From positions 129,398 through 193,397 of the forward strand of contig JBAZEU010000001.1 in the NCBI GenBank assembly GCA_041653755.1: a stretch of DNA of 64,000 bases, given 5' to 3'. The notes under the pieces were generated by a model. That model saw only the letters and a list, made by a program, of their open reading frames with translations. It had not been told where the DNA came from and made no database searches. The DNA is from Minisyncoccota bacterium. Its GTDB lineage: Bacteria > Patescibacteriota > Minisyncoccia > UBA6257 > UBA9933. The number at the start of each line of letters is the position of its first letter. Position 1 is the stretch's first letter. The position numbers and the translations under genes are program-made. Below are positions 56,160 to 64,000 of the stretch, one piece after another.

Positions 56160-58043
56160 ATGTCAAAAATTATTGGAATCGATTTAGGAACAACTAATTC
56201 GGAAATCGCTATCGTCGAAGGAGGAGAACCAAAAATCTTGGAAAACCAGGAAGGAACACGGCTTACTCCATCAATAGTCGCAGTTACTAAGAATAACGAA
56301 AGAGTTGTCGGAGTTTTGGCCAAGCGTCAGGCGGTGGTTAATCCTAAAAATACTATTTTTTCCGTAAAGCGTCTTATCGGCCGCCGATTTTCTGACGCTG
56401 AAGTTCAGCGTGATAAAGCATGGCTGCCGTTTGATATTCAGCAATCTTCAGCCGGCGGAGTTGAAATTAAAATGGGTGATCGTTGGTATAAGCCGGAAGA
56501 AATTTCCGCGATGGTTTTAGGAAAATTAAAAGCTGATGCTGAAGCGAAATTAGGAGAAAAAGTGGAAGAAGCGGTGATTACCGTGCCAGCTTATTTTGAT
56601 GATACCCAAAGACAAGCCACTAAAAACGCAGGAGAAATCGCCGGCTTGAAAGTACGGCTGATTTTAAACGAACCTACCGCTGCTGCCTTAGCTTATGGAT
56701 TGAACAAAAAGAAAAATGAGCAAATCGTTGTTTATGATTTCGGCGGCGGAACATTTGATATTTCTATCCTTGAGGTTTCTGAAGATACGGTTCAGGTTAT
56801 TGCTACCGGCGGCGATACTCATTTGGGTGGAGATGATTTTGATAAAAGAATTGTTGAATATTTAATCAGTGAATATAAAAAACAGGAGGGGATCGATATT
56901 TCCAAAGATCCTTTAGCGCTTCAACGATTAAAAGAAGGAGCGGAACGCGCCAAACACGAACTTTCAACCGCGATAGAAAGTGAAATTAACTTGCCTTATA
57001 TCACCTCCGACGCTTCCGGCCCGAAACACTTTTTGATGAAATTAACCAGAGCTAAACTTGAAGAATTAATTCGCGAGTTGGTTCAAAAATCGATTGATTT
57101 GGTAAAGAAAACTTTAGATGAAGCAAAATTAAAACCTGAAGACATTGAAGAAGTTGTTTTAGTCGGAGGACAAACTAGAATGCCTTTAATTCAGGAAGAA
57201 GTTAAAAAACTTTTTAACAAAGAACCTCATAAGGGAATTAACCCGGACGAAGTGGTAGCTTCAGGTGCGGCGATTCAGGCCGGAATTTTTCAGGGAGACG
57301 TAAAAGATATTTTGCTTTTGGATGTAACGCCTTTGTCTTTGGGAATTGAAACATTGGGAGGAGTGAATACGGTGCAGATTGAAAAAAATACCACCGTTCC
57401 TACCGCCAAAACGCAAATTTTTTCAACAGCGGCCGATAATCAAACTTCTGTTGAGGTTCATGTGCTTCAAGGCGAAAGGCCAATGGCCTCCGATAACAGA
57501 ACTTTAGCAAGGTTTATTTTAGACGGCATTCCGCCATCTCCCCGGGGTATTCCGCAGGTTGAGGTAGCTTTTGACATTGACGCTAATGGAATTTTAACGG
57601 TTTCAGCCAAAGATAAGGCAACCGGCAAGAGCCAGCAAGTTAAGATCGAGGCTTCAACCGCTTTATCAAAAGAAGAAATAGAAAAATTAAAACAAGAAGC
57701 AAAAATTCACGAAGAGGAAGATAGAAAGAAAAAAGATACGGTTGAAGTCAAAAATCAAGCTGAACAATCAATTTATATAGCTGAAAAATCTTTGAGAGAC
57801 GCCGGCGACAAAGTCACTCAAGAAGTTAAAGACGCTGTTAACCAAAAAATCGAAGAATTGAAAAAAGTAAAAGATGGCAGTGATGTTGATGCGATAAAGT
57901 CAGCTGTCTCTAATTTGTCTTTGGAACTTCAAAAAATCGGCCAGGCAATGTATCATAAAGAAGAGCCGCCGAAGACAGAAGAACCGCCTAAGCAAGAACC
58001 GCCGAAAGAAGAACCCGGCAGCGGAACACCTAATCAACAATAA
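56160..58043 (+). CDS. dnaK: molecular chaperone DnaK
   Basis: [18 protein letters not shown], Hsp70 signatures. Confidence 0.95.
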   Translation: MSKIIGIDLGTTNSEIAIVEGGEPKILENQEGTRLTPSIVAVTKNNERVVGVLAKRQAVVNPKNTIFSVKRLIGRRFSDAEVQRDKAWLPFDIQQSSAGGVEIKMGDRWYKPEEISAMVLGKLKADAEAKLGEKVEEAVITVPAYFDDTQRQATKNAGEIAGLKVRLILNEPTAAALAYGLNKKKNEQIVVYDFGGGTFDISILEVSEDTVQVIATGGDTHLGGDDFDKRIVEYLISEYKKQEGIDISKDPLALQRLKEGAERAKHELSTAIESEINLPYITSDASGPKHFLMKLTRAKLEELIRELVQKSIDLVKKTLDEAKLKPEDIEEVVLVGGQTRMPLIQEEVKKLFNKEPHKGINPDEVVASGAAIQAGIFQGDVKDILLLDVTPLSLGIETLGGVNTVQIEKNTTVPTAKTQIFSTAADNQTSVEVHVLQGERPMASDNRTLARFILDGIPPSPRGIPQVEVAFDIDANGILTVSAKDKATGKSQQVKIEASTALSKEEIEKLKQEAKIHEEEDRKKKDTVEVKNQAEQSIYIAEKSLRDAGDKVTQEVKDAVNQKIEELKKVKDGSDVDAIKSAVSNLSLELQKIGQAMYHKEEPPKTEEPPKQEPPKEEPGSGTPNQQ

Positions 58044-58048
58044 TTTTA

Positions 58049-59020
58049 ATGGCAACCTTAATCAGCGAAAATCATAGGTTTGATAGTCCTACTATTAAGA
58101 TTATCTTTTTAGCGATTCTTGGAATCATCTCAATTTATTCTTTCGGTCATTATTTAAGTTTAACTTTTAATTCGACGATTGAAAGCCGGATGATGATGTT
58201 TGCGTTTATTGCCGCTGCTTTTTATTTGATTTTTTTCTTTTTCCAGGCAATCTTCGTAAGGTCCACTTGGGAAGGGAATCTGATTATTTTATTGGAAGCG
58301 ATTACTTTCGCTCTTGCTTTCCGCAATCATCTTTCGAAACCAATTCTTTTAGCTTTTGTTTTATTCTTTTTAGTTTTAATGGTTGGCAGATTTTCCGTGA
58401 AAAGAGAGATTGAGAATCATCTACGGTTATCGTTCCTTCGGGTCAATCGTTTAGCTTTTAGTTACGCGGTTACCGCAATGTCAATATTCTTAGCTATATT
58501 CGTGGGAGTTCTTTTTATGAGTTCTTCCATCGGTTTAGAAAAAATTTTAAGCCCAATAACAAACTTAACCGCTAAGATGCTGCCGGGGTCCAATTCGTCT
58601 AATCTTTCGACTAATTTAATAAGTTCAATGGTTCGCCAGCAATTGGATCAGGATCCAAAGTTTAAGGATTTATCTGAAACGCAGAAAAATCTGGTGATAA
58701 CTCAGGCGCTAGGCGAATTTGAAAAACAGATGGGCATGAGTTCAGCTAAAGATAATAAAAGCGCCAGTACAGGCGAATCATCGCTTATCGGAGGATTATT
58801 CAAGGGGCTGAATGATTTTTTTGCCAATATGGATGAACGAACAAAAATGTTGGTTGCCATAATTATTGCTATTTTAGTTTTTGGAATTATCAAAGCGGTG
58901 TTGGCCATTTTCAGCTGGCCTGTCACTTTTATCGCATTTTTACTATACGAATTGCTTTTAGCCACAAATTTTGCTAAAATTTCTCTCGAACAAAAAGAAA
59001 AAGAAGTGCTTAACCTGTAG
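58049..59020 (+). CDS. multi-pass membrane protein of unknown function (inside the dnaK operon)
   Basis: Several hydrophobic helices. Confidence 0.5.
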   Translation: MATLISENHRFDSPTIKIIFLAILGIISIYSFGHYLSLTFNSTIESRMMMFAFIAAAFYLIFFFFQAIFVRSTWEGNLIILLEAITFALAFRNHLSKPILLAFVLFFLVLMVGRFSVKREIENHLRLSFLRVNRLAFSYAVTAMSIFLAIFVGVLFMSSSIGLEKILSPITNLTAKMLPGSNSSNLSTNLISSMVRQQLDQDPKFKDLSETQKNLVITQALGEFEKQMGMSSAKDNKSASTGESSLIGGLFKGLNDFFANMDERTKMLVAIIIAILVFGIIKAVLAIFSWPVTFIAFLLYELLLATNFAKISLEQKEKEVLNL

Positions 59021-59056
59021 GGTTAATTAAGAATTAAGAATGCAGAATTAAGAAAG
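59021..59056. repeat. left terminal array of AGAATTA heptads (TAATTA-AGAATTA-AGAATGC-AGAATTA-AGAAAG) preceded by hairpin TTAACC-TGTAG-GGTTAA
   Basis: Inverted partner at 59399..59434. Confidence 0.55.
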
Positions 59057-59059
59057 ATT

Positions 59060-59401
59060 ATGGAAAAGGAAATTTATAAAAGATCCTGCGATTTTGCTAT
59101 TTCAGTGATAAGATTTTTGAAGAAAATTAACATAGATTCGGCAAATAGGGTAATAGCAGAGCAGCTAATTAGATCAATAACTTCAATATCGGCTAATCTT
59201 GCAGAAGGAAGCGCAGCTGTTTCTAAGAAAGAATTTATTAACTATGTCGGTATCGCAAGAAAATCGGCGGTGGAAACAGTGCATTGGCTGAAATTTTCGC
59301 ATCAAATTATTAATAGGGAAGAGATCAAGGAATTTATAAACGAAGGTAGTCAGATAGTAAGCATTTTATCAAAAATAGTTATTAATTCTAAAAACCGCTA
59401 A
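59060..59401 (+). CDS. four-helix-bundle protein (TIGR02436; 23S rRNA intervening-sequence protein family)
   Basis: ISANLAEGS...KEFINYVGIARKSAVETVHWL signature. Confidence 0.7.
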   Translation: MEKEIYKRSCDFAISVIRFLKKINIDSANRVIAEQLIRSITSISANLAEGSAAVSKKEFINYVGIARKSAVETVHWLKFSHQIINREEIKEFINEGSQIVSILSKIVINSKNR

Positions 59402-59434
59402 TTCTGAATTCTTAATTTTGAATTCTTAATTAGC
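59399..59434. repeat. right terminal inverted heptad array (TAATTCTGAATTCTTAATTTTGAATTCTTAATTAGC) followed by hairpin AGCAAAAT-TAT-ATTTTGCT
   Basis: Reverse complement is GCTAATTA-AGAATTC-AAAATTA-AGAATTC-AGAATTA. Confidence 0.55.
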
Positions 59435-59450
59435 AAAATTATATTTTGCT

Positions 59451-60578
59451 ATGAAGGATTATTACAAGGTTCTTGGCGTTGATAAAAATTCTTCGCCAGA
59501 AGATATAAAAAAGGCCTATCGAAAATTGGCTCATCAGTTTCATCCGCATAAAGCCGGTAAAGATGAGAAAAAATTTAAAGAGTTAAACGAAAAACTCAAG
59601 GAAATAAACGAGGCCTATAATATTCTTTCTAACGCCGAGAAAAAAGCGCAATATGACAAATTCGGACAGGTCTTTTCCGCCCAAGGCGGACCAGCCTCGG
59701 GCTGGGAAGGCGTACCATTTTCTGATTTTGGTTTTTCCGCCGATGGCGGATTTGATGTCGGAGGAGTATCTGATTTAGGCGATATTTTCAACGCTATTTT
59801 TGAAGGAATGGGCGTTAGGCAGAAAAGACGAACCTATAAACGCGGTTCAGATCTGGAATTTACGCAGGAAGTTTCCTTAGAGGAATCATTCAGGGGCATT
59901 GAAAAAACTTTAAAATTTAAAACATTTTTGAAATGCAGCAAATGCAAAGGCAAGGGCCACGACGAAAAAGCCGGTTTTGAAAAATGTACGGTTTGCGGCG
60001 GCAGAGGGGAAATTAGGGAAACAAAAAATACTTTTTTTGGAAGTTTTGCCCAGGTAAAGACGTGTGAAAAATGTTTTGGCACAGGACAAGTTCCGAATAA
60101 AGTTTGCGAAATCTGCAAAGGAGCCGGAAGAATCGCCGGAGAAAGAGAAGTAAAAATTCAAATTCTTCCGGGCGTCAGAGACGGACAACTTATCAAAATT
60201 GCTGGAATGGGTGAAGCCGGTGAAAGACAAACCGCAGAAGGAGATTTGTATGTTAGAATTAAAGTCAGACCGCATTCGGTTTTTGAAAGAGCAGGGGATA
60301 ATTTAAAAATTAAAAAAGACGTTAAGTTGGTTGATTTATTATTATCAAAAAAGTTAGAGATTCCAACTATTTCTGGAAACAAGCTGTCTATTGAAATTCC
60401 GGCTGGATTTGATATAAAACAAGATTTGAGGATAGGCGGAGAAGGAATGCCAATTTTTGGAAGTTATGGAAGAGGGGATTTGTTGGTTGAGTTGATGGTA
60501 AAGACGCCGAGAAAATTAAACGAAAAAACAAAGAAGATTCTAGAAGATCTTGGAAAAACAATGGACAATGAACGATAA
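59451..60578 (+). CDS. dnaJ: molecular chaperone DnaJ
   Basis: J domain (HPHK), G/F region, four CxxCxGxG zinc-finger repeats. Confidence 0.9.
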   Translation: MKDYYKVLGVDKNSSPEDIKKAYRKLAHQFHPHKAGKDEKKFKELNEKLKEINEAYNILSNAEKKAQYDKFGQVFSAQGGPASGWEGVPFSDFGFSADGGFDVGGVSDLGDIFNAIFEGMGVRQKRRTYKRGSDLEFTQEVSLEESFRGIEKTLKFKTFLKCSKCKGKGHDEKAGFEKCTVCGGRGEIRETKNTFFGSFAQVKTCEKCFGTGQVPNKVCEICKGAGRIAGEREVKIQILPGVRDGQLIKIAGMGEAGERQTAEGDLYVRIKVRPHSVFERAGDNLKIKKDVKLVDLLLSKKLEIPTISGNKLSIEIPAGFDIKQDLRIGGEGMPIFGSYGRGDLLVELMVKTPRKLNEKTKKILEDLGKTMDNER

Positions 60579-60581
60579 ACT

Positions 60582-60953
60582 ATGAACAAAGCGATTTTCA
60601 GATTTTTAGAGTGGCAAGTATATAAAGATGCAAAGAGTTTTAGACAAAAGGTAAAATCTTTAATTAATAAGAAATTCCCAAAGGAAGAAAGGTATAAACT
60701 TATTGATCAGATAGAAAGAGCTGCAAATTCAGTATGTTTGAATATTGCTGAAGGATCTAATAAACTTTCCGATATTGAATTAAGCCATTATCTTAATATC
60801 GCTTCTACTTCTATAGAGGAAGTTATTTCTGGGCTTGATTTGGCTAAAGATGATGGTTATATTACAGAAAAGGAATTTGAAGATTTTTGTCAGATGGCAG
60901 AAGAAGTTAGTAAACAACTTGTCGCCTTCGGCAAATTTGCACGCAATAGATAG
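60582..60953 (+). CDS. four-helix-bundle protein (TIGR02436 family), second paralog
   Basis: LNIAEGSNK...SHYLNIASTSIEEV; 3-nt gap after dnaJ. Confidence 0.65.
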   Translation: MNKAIFRFLEWQVYKDAKSFRQKVKSLINKKFPKEERYKLIDQIERAANSVCLNIAEGSNKLSDIELSHYLNIASTSIEEVISGLDLAKDDGYITEKEFEDFCQMAEEVSKQLVAFGKFARNR

Positions 60954-61011
60954 AAGTAGTTTGTTTCGTGTTCATCGTTCATCGTTTATATAGTTTTTGG
61001 TCGTAAAAAAC

Positions 61012-61084
61012 GCCCCGTTAGCTCAGTTGGTAGAGCAGCTCCCTTTTAAGGAGAAGGTCGAAGGTTCGAATCCTTCACGGGGTA
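61012..61084 (+). tRNA. tRNA-Lys (anticodon UUU)
   Basis: GCCCCGTTAGCTCAGTTGGTAGAGC...anticodon loop CTTTTAA...GGTTCGAATCC; acceptor 3' strand ACGGGGT. Confidence 0.8.
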
Positions 61085-61130
61085 CAAGGTCTGTAAAATA
61101 GTACACAAGAGCAGGTTTACCAGTCTTGGA
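61080..61130 (+). repeat. 47-bp direct repeat, copy 1, beginning in the tRNA-Lys 3' end (attL-like)
   Basis: GGTACAAGGTCTGTAAAATAGTACACAAGAGCAGGTTTACCAGTCTTG; one mismatch versus 62253..62302. Confidence 0.6.
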
Positions 61131-61171
61131 CCATCCTTGTTAAATTTTTGTAAATCTATATAATTATAAGT

Positions 61172-61555
61172 ATGAAATATAATTTTGCTCTTTTGTGTGA
61201 TAATGCTTTTATCCCTAGTCAGGGAGGTAAGCCTAATTTTACGGGTGTTTTTGGCGGTATAACAGCGTCTTTAGCTCCTGCCGTACAAAAGGATCTCTAT
61301 ATTGTTTTCAATTTTTCTCCAGAAGACGTAGAGCTTCATAAATTGGTCATAAGCATAAAGTCTCCTTCAAAAGGAGAGATTTATACTTACGAGGTTAAGC
61401 TTGGACCAGCAATTAGCAAAAATGAAGCGCTAGGCCATATTCTCCGTGTCTCTAATTTGAAACTAGAGGAAATCGGGGTTCATTCTATAGATTTTCTTAT
61501 CGATGGCAATTTATTACATACCTTAGATTTTAATTTTTCGGTTAATAAAAAATAG
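61172..61555 (+). CDS. hypothetical protein
   Basis: Own promoter-like TTGTTA...TATAAT upstream. Confidence 0.45.
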   Translation: MKYNFALLCDNAFIPSQGGKPNFTGVFGGITASLAPAVQKDLYIVFNFSPEDVELHKLVISIKSPSKGEIYTYEVKLGPAISKNEALGHILRVSNLKLEEIGVHSIDFLIDGNLLHTLDFNFSVNKK

Positions 61556-61568
61556 AAACTAATCAAAA

Positions 61569-61769
61569 ATGACAAACACAATAGCAGCCCTAAAATTTGA
61601 ATTAGTGGAGTGTAGGTCTTCTAGTTCAACAAAGTTAGGCGAAACGAGTGATACTTATGGCAATTTTAGTGATGACTTTACGCCATTTTTGTTGCTCGGA
61701 GCGCAAGATATCTTGGATGAAATAGGGCCTATTTCAAAAGAAGATTATGATTATTACGAGAATTTATAA
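61569..61769 (+). CDS. putative antitoxin (small acidic protein upstream of the MazF-like toxin)
   Basis: 66 aa; stop overlaps the toxin start (ATAATG). Confidence 0.4.
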   Translation: MTNTIAALKFELVECRSSSSTKLGETSDTYGNFSDDFTPFLLLGAQDILDEIGPISKEDYDYYENL

Positions 61770-62122
61770 TGCAGAAAGGGGATCTAAAATTCGGAGATAT
61801 AGCTTGGACAGATTTTGATCCGAGTATCGGTCATGAATTCCAGGGGAGGAGGCCAGCGTTAATTATTGAATCAGATATTCAACTTAACAAATCAAATCTC
61901 GTTACAGTCGTGCCGATTACTGGGAATACACAGAACAATTTGTTAACTGATGATATTTTAATTTTCACTGACGCATGTAACAATCTTAGAAACAATTCTG
62001 TGATTAAAATGTATTGTATAACATCATTTGACTACCTTCGTTTCCGTAAAAAAATTGGGAAGATTAATGCTGCAACTTCAACGAAAGTAAAATTTTATCT
62101 CCGAAAACATTTTGATCTATAA
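61769..62122 (+). CDS. PemK/MazF-family toxin (mRNA interferase-like)
   Basis: GDIAWTDFDPSIGHEFQGRRPALIIESD...LVTVVPITGN matches the MazF/PemK core. Confidence 0.65.
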   Translation: MQKGDLKFGDIAWTDFDPSIGHEFQGRRPALIIESDIQLNKSNLVTVVPITGNTQNNLLTDDILIFTDACNNLRNNSVIKMYCITSFDYLRFRKKIGKINAATSTKVKFYLRKHFDL

Positions 62123-62252
62123 AAAAGTATTATTTCGATAGAATTTCTGAGTAAGTTTGTCTCAAATTTTATAAATTCAAGCCATACTGGATTGTAACCG
62201 TCGCCAAGTTTTCAATTCTTCTATCATCCGGTTCCAATCAAGTCGCAAGTGA

Positions 62253-62302
62253 GGTACAAGGTCTGTAAAATAGCACACAAGAGCAGGTTTACCAGTCTTG
62301 AC
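62253..62302 (+). repeat. 47-bp direct repeat, copy 2 (attR-like), preceded by a degenerate tRNA T-arm/acceptor remnant
   Basis: GGTACAAGGTCTGTAAAATAGCACACAAGAGCAGGTTTACCAGTCTTG; upstream CCGGTTCCAATCAAGTCGCAAGTGAGGTACA resembles GGTTCGAATCC...GGGGTACA. Confidence 0.6.
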
Positions 62303-62346
62303 AATGAAGTTAACAAAAATCGCCAACGAGGCGGTTTTTTGGTAGA

Positions 62347-63066
62347 ATGAAACCTATGAAATCTACTCACGTAAAATTTGTTATTGACAAAAAATTAGAC
62401 ATAGAAAATCATCTGATTGGTTTAAGGTCTTACAAACAGAAGCTTCATTCTTATTATAACCAAAAAAAGAATAGTAAGAATGAAAGATACGAAAAGCTAT
62501 TAAAGCTTTCAGGCAAAAAAAGAAAAGATTTTATTAGAAAAGAACTAGTTGATGTTTATTCTCCTAAAAACAAAAAGAAGCTCGAAGAAATAAAAAATGA
62601 CGCACAAAAATATTGGGATAAAATCGAGAAAGACTTTTTTTCGAGGATCCAAAAGGTTTTTGGAAAACCATTCCCTTATCAAACGGTTAGAGGCGTTTTT
62701 TCAACAGCTAACAGGTTTGGCTATAACACGGGTAAGAGATGGTTCGCTACCAGTATAGATAGAAATAAGTTTTTTGCCATTGAAACAGCAATGCATGAAT
62801 TAACTCATTTTGTTTTTCATTATTATTTTTGGAAACAATGCGAAAAATACGGATTGAGCTGGAAACAAATCTGGAATATAAAAGAAGCATTTACTGTTCT
62901 ATTAAACTTAGAATTTGCCGATCTTAGATTGAGGTTGGATTATGGTTATCCAGAACACAAAGAAATAAGAAATTTTATAGCTAAAGAATGGAAAAAGGAT
63001 AAAAACTTTGAAAAAGTTTTAGATAAGACCTGTAAATTTGTCGCAAGTAATAAAAATAATAGATGA
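62347..63066 (+). CDS. hypothetical protein with HExxH motif (AMHELTHF), possibly a metallopeptidase
   Basis: Single HExxH; otherwise no recognisable domain. Confidence 0.4.
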   Translation: MKPMKSTHVKFVIDKKLDIENHLIGLRSYKQKLHSYYNQKKNSKNERYEKLLKLSGKKRKDFIRKELVDVYSPKNKKKLEEIKNDAQKYWDKIEKDFFSRIQKVFGKPFPYQTVRGVFSTANRFGYNTGKRWFATSIDRNKFFAIETAMHELTHFVFHYYFWKQCEKYGLSWKQIWNIKEAFTVLLNLEFADLRLRLDYGYPEHKEIRNFIAKEWKKDKNFEKVLDKTCKFVASNKNNR

Positions 63067-63207
63067 ATAGTTTCTAACGTCGTCCAGCCAGCGGTACGGA
63101 GTTCTGAAGGGTTTTAACTAAGATTGACGAAATAAAGCGTCTATTGTAGAGTAGCGATAGCTAAAAACTATCGTAGTTTTGTTTCACAACTAAAAAAGGA
63201 GAAGAAG

Positions 63208-63498
63208 ATGTCAACCAAGATTGATAATGCTCAGCTTACATTGGATCTTTTGAAAAATCTTTCAAAAGAGGAATTGAATCAAATTATGGCCCAAGCTGAA
63301 TTAAATTTTCTGGAGAAAAGAATTGTCTGGCTAAGGATTGGTTTAGAAGATAAAATTCCTCGCTCTTTTAAAGAAATAACCAAAGAAATTGGCCTTGGCA
63401 TGGAAACAATTTTTAAGATTGAAATGAAGACCTTGAGAAAAATAAGAACATCTCTAATCTCAGAAAGGAACCAAAATAAGGATATTGAGAAAAATTAA
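63208..63498 (+). CDS. small sigma-70 region-4-like HTH protein
   Basis: RSFKEITKEIGLGMETIFKIEMKTLRKIR parallels RpoD region 4 ([26 protein letters not shown]). Confidence 0.5.
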   Translation: MSTKIDNAQLTLDLLKNLSKEELNQIMAQAELNFLEKRIVWLRIGLEDKIPRSFKEITKEIGLGMETIFKIEMKTLRKIRTSLISERNQNKDIEKN

Positions 63499-63517
63499 GA
63501 AAACAAAAGGGGATATT

Positions 63518-63991
63518 ATGAAAAAAGTGGCATTCTTGGACAGAGATGGGGCGTTGATCTATGAACCGCAAGATACGTTTCAAGTTGATTCAGTTGACCA
63601 ACTAAAAATTTTGCCTGGCGTTGTAGAGAATCTTCAGCGTCTGCAACGACTCGGGTATCAACTGGTGATGGTCACTAATCAAGATGGTCTCGGAACTTCA
63701 AGTAATCCTCAGAAAAATTTTGAAGCTGTGCAAAATAAGCTCTTTGAGCTTTTGCAACAACACGGCATCAAACTTGATCAGGTATTTGTCTGCCCACATT
63801 TTCCTCAGGATAACTGTCTGTGTCGTAAACCAAAAACGGGACTCGTTGCAGGTTCCCTGGAAGAAGAGCCGATAGACCACGATGCGTCTCTTATGGTGGG
63901 GGATCGAGAAACAGATCGTCAATTTGCTAAGAATATCGGGGTTCGATTCTTGAAGATGGAAACGAACGGACACTTTCCCAATGTTGTTTAG
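63518..63991 (+). CDS. HAD-IIIA phosphatase (GmhB / histidinol-phosphatase-like)
   Basis: AFLDRDGALIYEP (DxDG), VTNQ, C.CRKPK, MVGDRETD; GC-rich relative to the rest of the window. Start at MKKVAFLDRDG; the track ORF starts at 63485. Confidence 0.75.
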   Translation: MKKVAFLDRDGALIYEPQDTFQVDSVDQLKILPGVVENLQRLQRLGYQLVMVTNQDGLGTSSNPQKNFEAVQNKLFELLQQHGIKLDQVFVCPHFPQDNCLCRKPKTGLVAGSLEEEPIDHDASLMVGDRETDRQFAKNIGVRFLKMETNGHFPNVV

Positions 63992-64000
63992 AGAATATTC

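Noticed and set aside
59021-59434. The heptad arrays looked superficially like a CRISPR-like or tandem array
   Set aside because: The period is only 7 nt and there are no spacers. The arrays occur as inverted pairs flanking a gene, and no cas genes are present. They are treated as terminal repeat arrays instead.

Overview
This 64-kb window is a low-GC (about one third GC) chromosomal segment with small, tightly packed genes and standard stop codons throughout. Its gene content and protein architecture look like a Candidate Phyla Radiation / Patescibacteria-type bacterium: RpoA lacks the alpha-CTD and ends in a Lys tail, RpoD has a poly-Lys N-terminus, AlaRS is compact, and several large secreted proteins carry Fn3-like repeats. 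Most of the window is housekeeping genes:
- tRNA-Thr x2, rpmG, tRNA-Trp, pcm
- dnaG-rpoD and alaS
- infA-rpmJ-rpsM-rpsK-rpsD-rpoA-rplQ, then rplM-rpsI, trxB and gatB
- miaA, thrS, dnaE and rnhB
- groES-groEL and a LemA/TPM pair
- tRNA-Ser, two NUDIX hydrolases, rplJ-rplL
- the start of the dcw cluster (mraZ-rsmH-ftsL-ftsI-murF), tRNA-Glu, rplU
- recR, dnaB, cysS, corA and the grpE-dnaK-dnaJ operon

Seven tRNA genes are called in total.

The non-housekeeping content is more interesting:
1. A family of AGAATTA-heptad repeat arrays. One pair forms inverted terminal arrays around a four-helix-bundle (rRNA-IVS-type) protein gene next to dnaJ. Gene-less MITE-like derivatives sit in-frame inside rnhB.
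2. A second repeat family, TAGGATTT-rich. It occurs upstream of rplL, inverted upstream of dnaB, and in-frame inside cysS.
3. A GIY-YIG gene flanked by a perfect 13-bp inverted repeat whose right arm is the rplJ ribosome-binding site. Just upstream is a promoter/terminator-delimited structured RNA.
4. A tRNA-Lys-associated islet bounded by 47-bp direct repeats that carries a MazF-like toxin module.
5. A tight four-gene operon centred on a membrane-anchored ATPase resembling type IV coupling proteins (VirD4/TrwB) and HerA, together with a tandem-repeat protein. It sits behind a leader with three-way alternative pairing.
6. An in-frame TAG codon that splits a large surface-repeat protein gene.

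Coordinates I derived by hand (RNAs, repeats, promoters, terminators) are good to about +/-2 nt. CDS coordinates follow the supplied ORF track unless stated otherwise.
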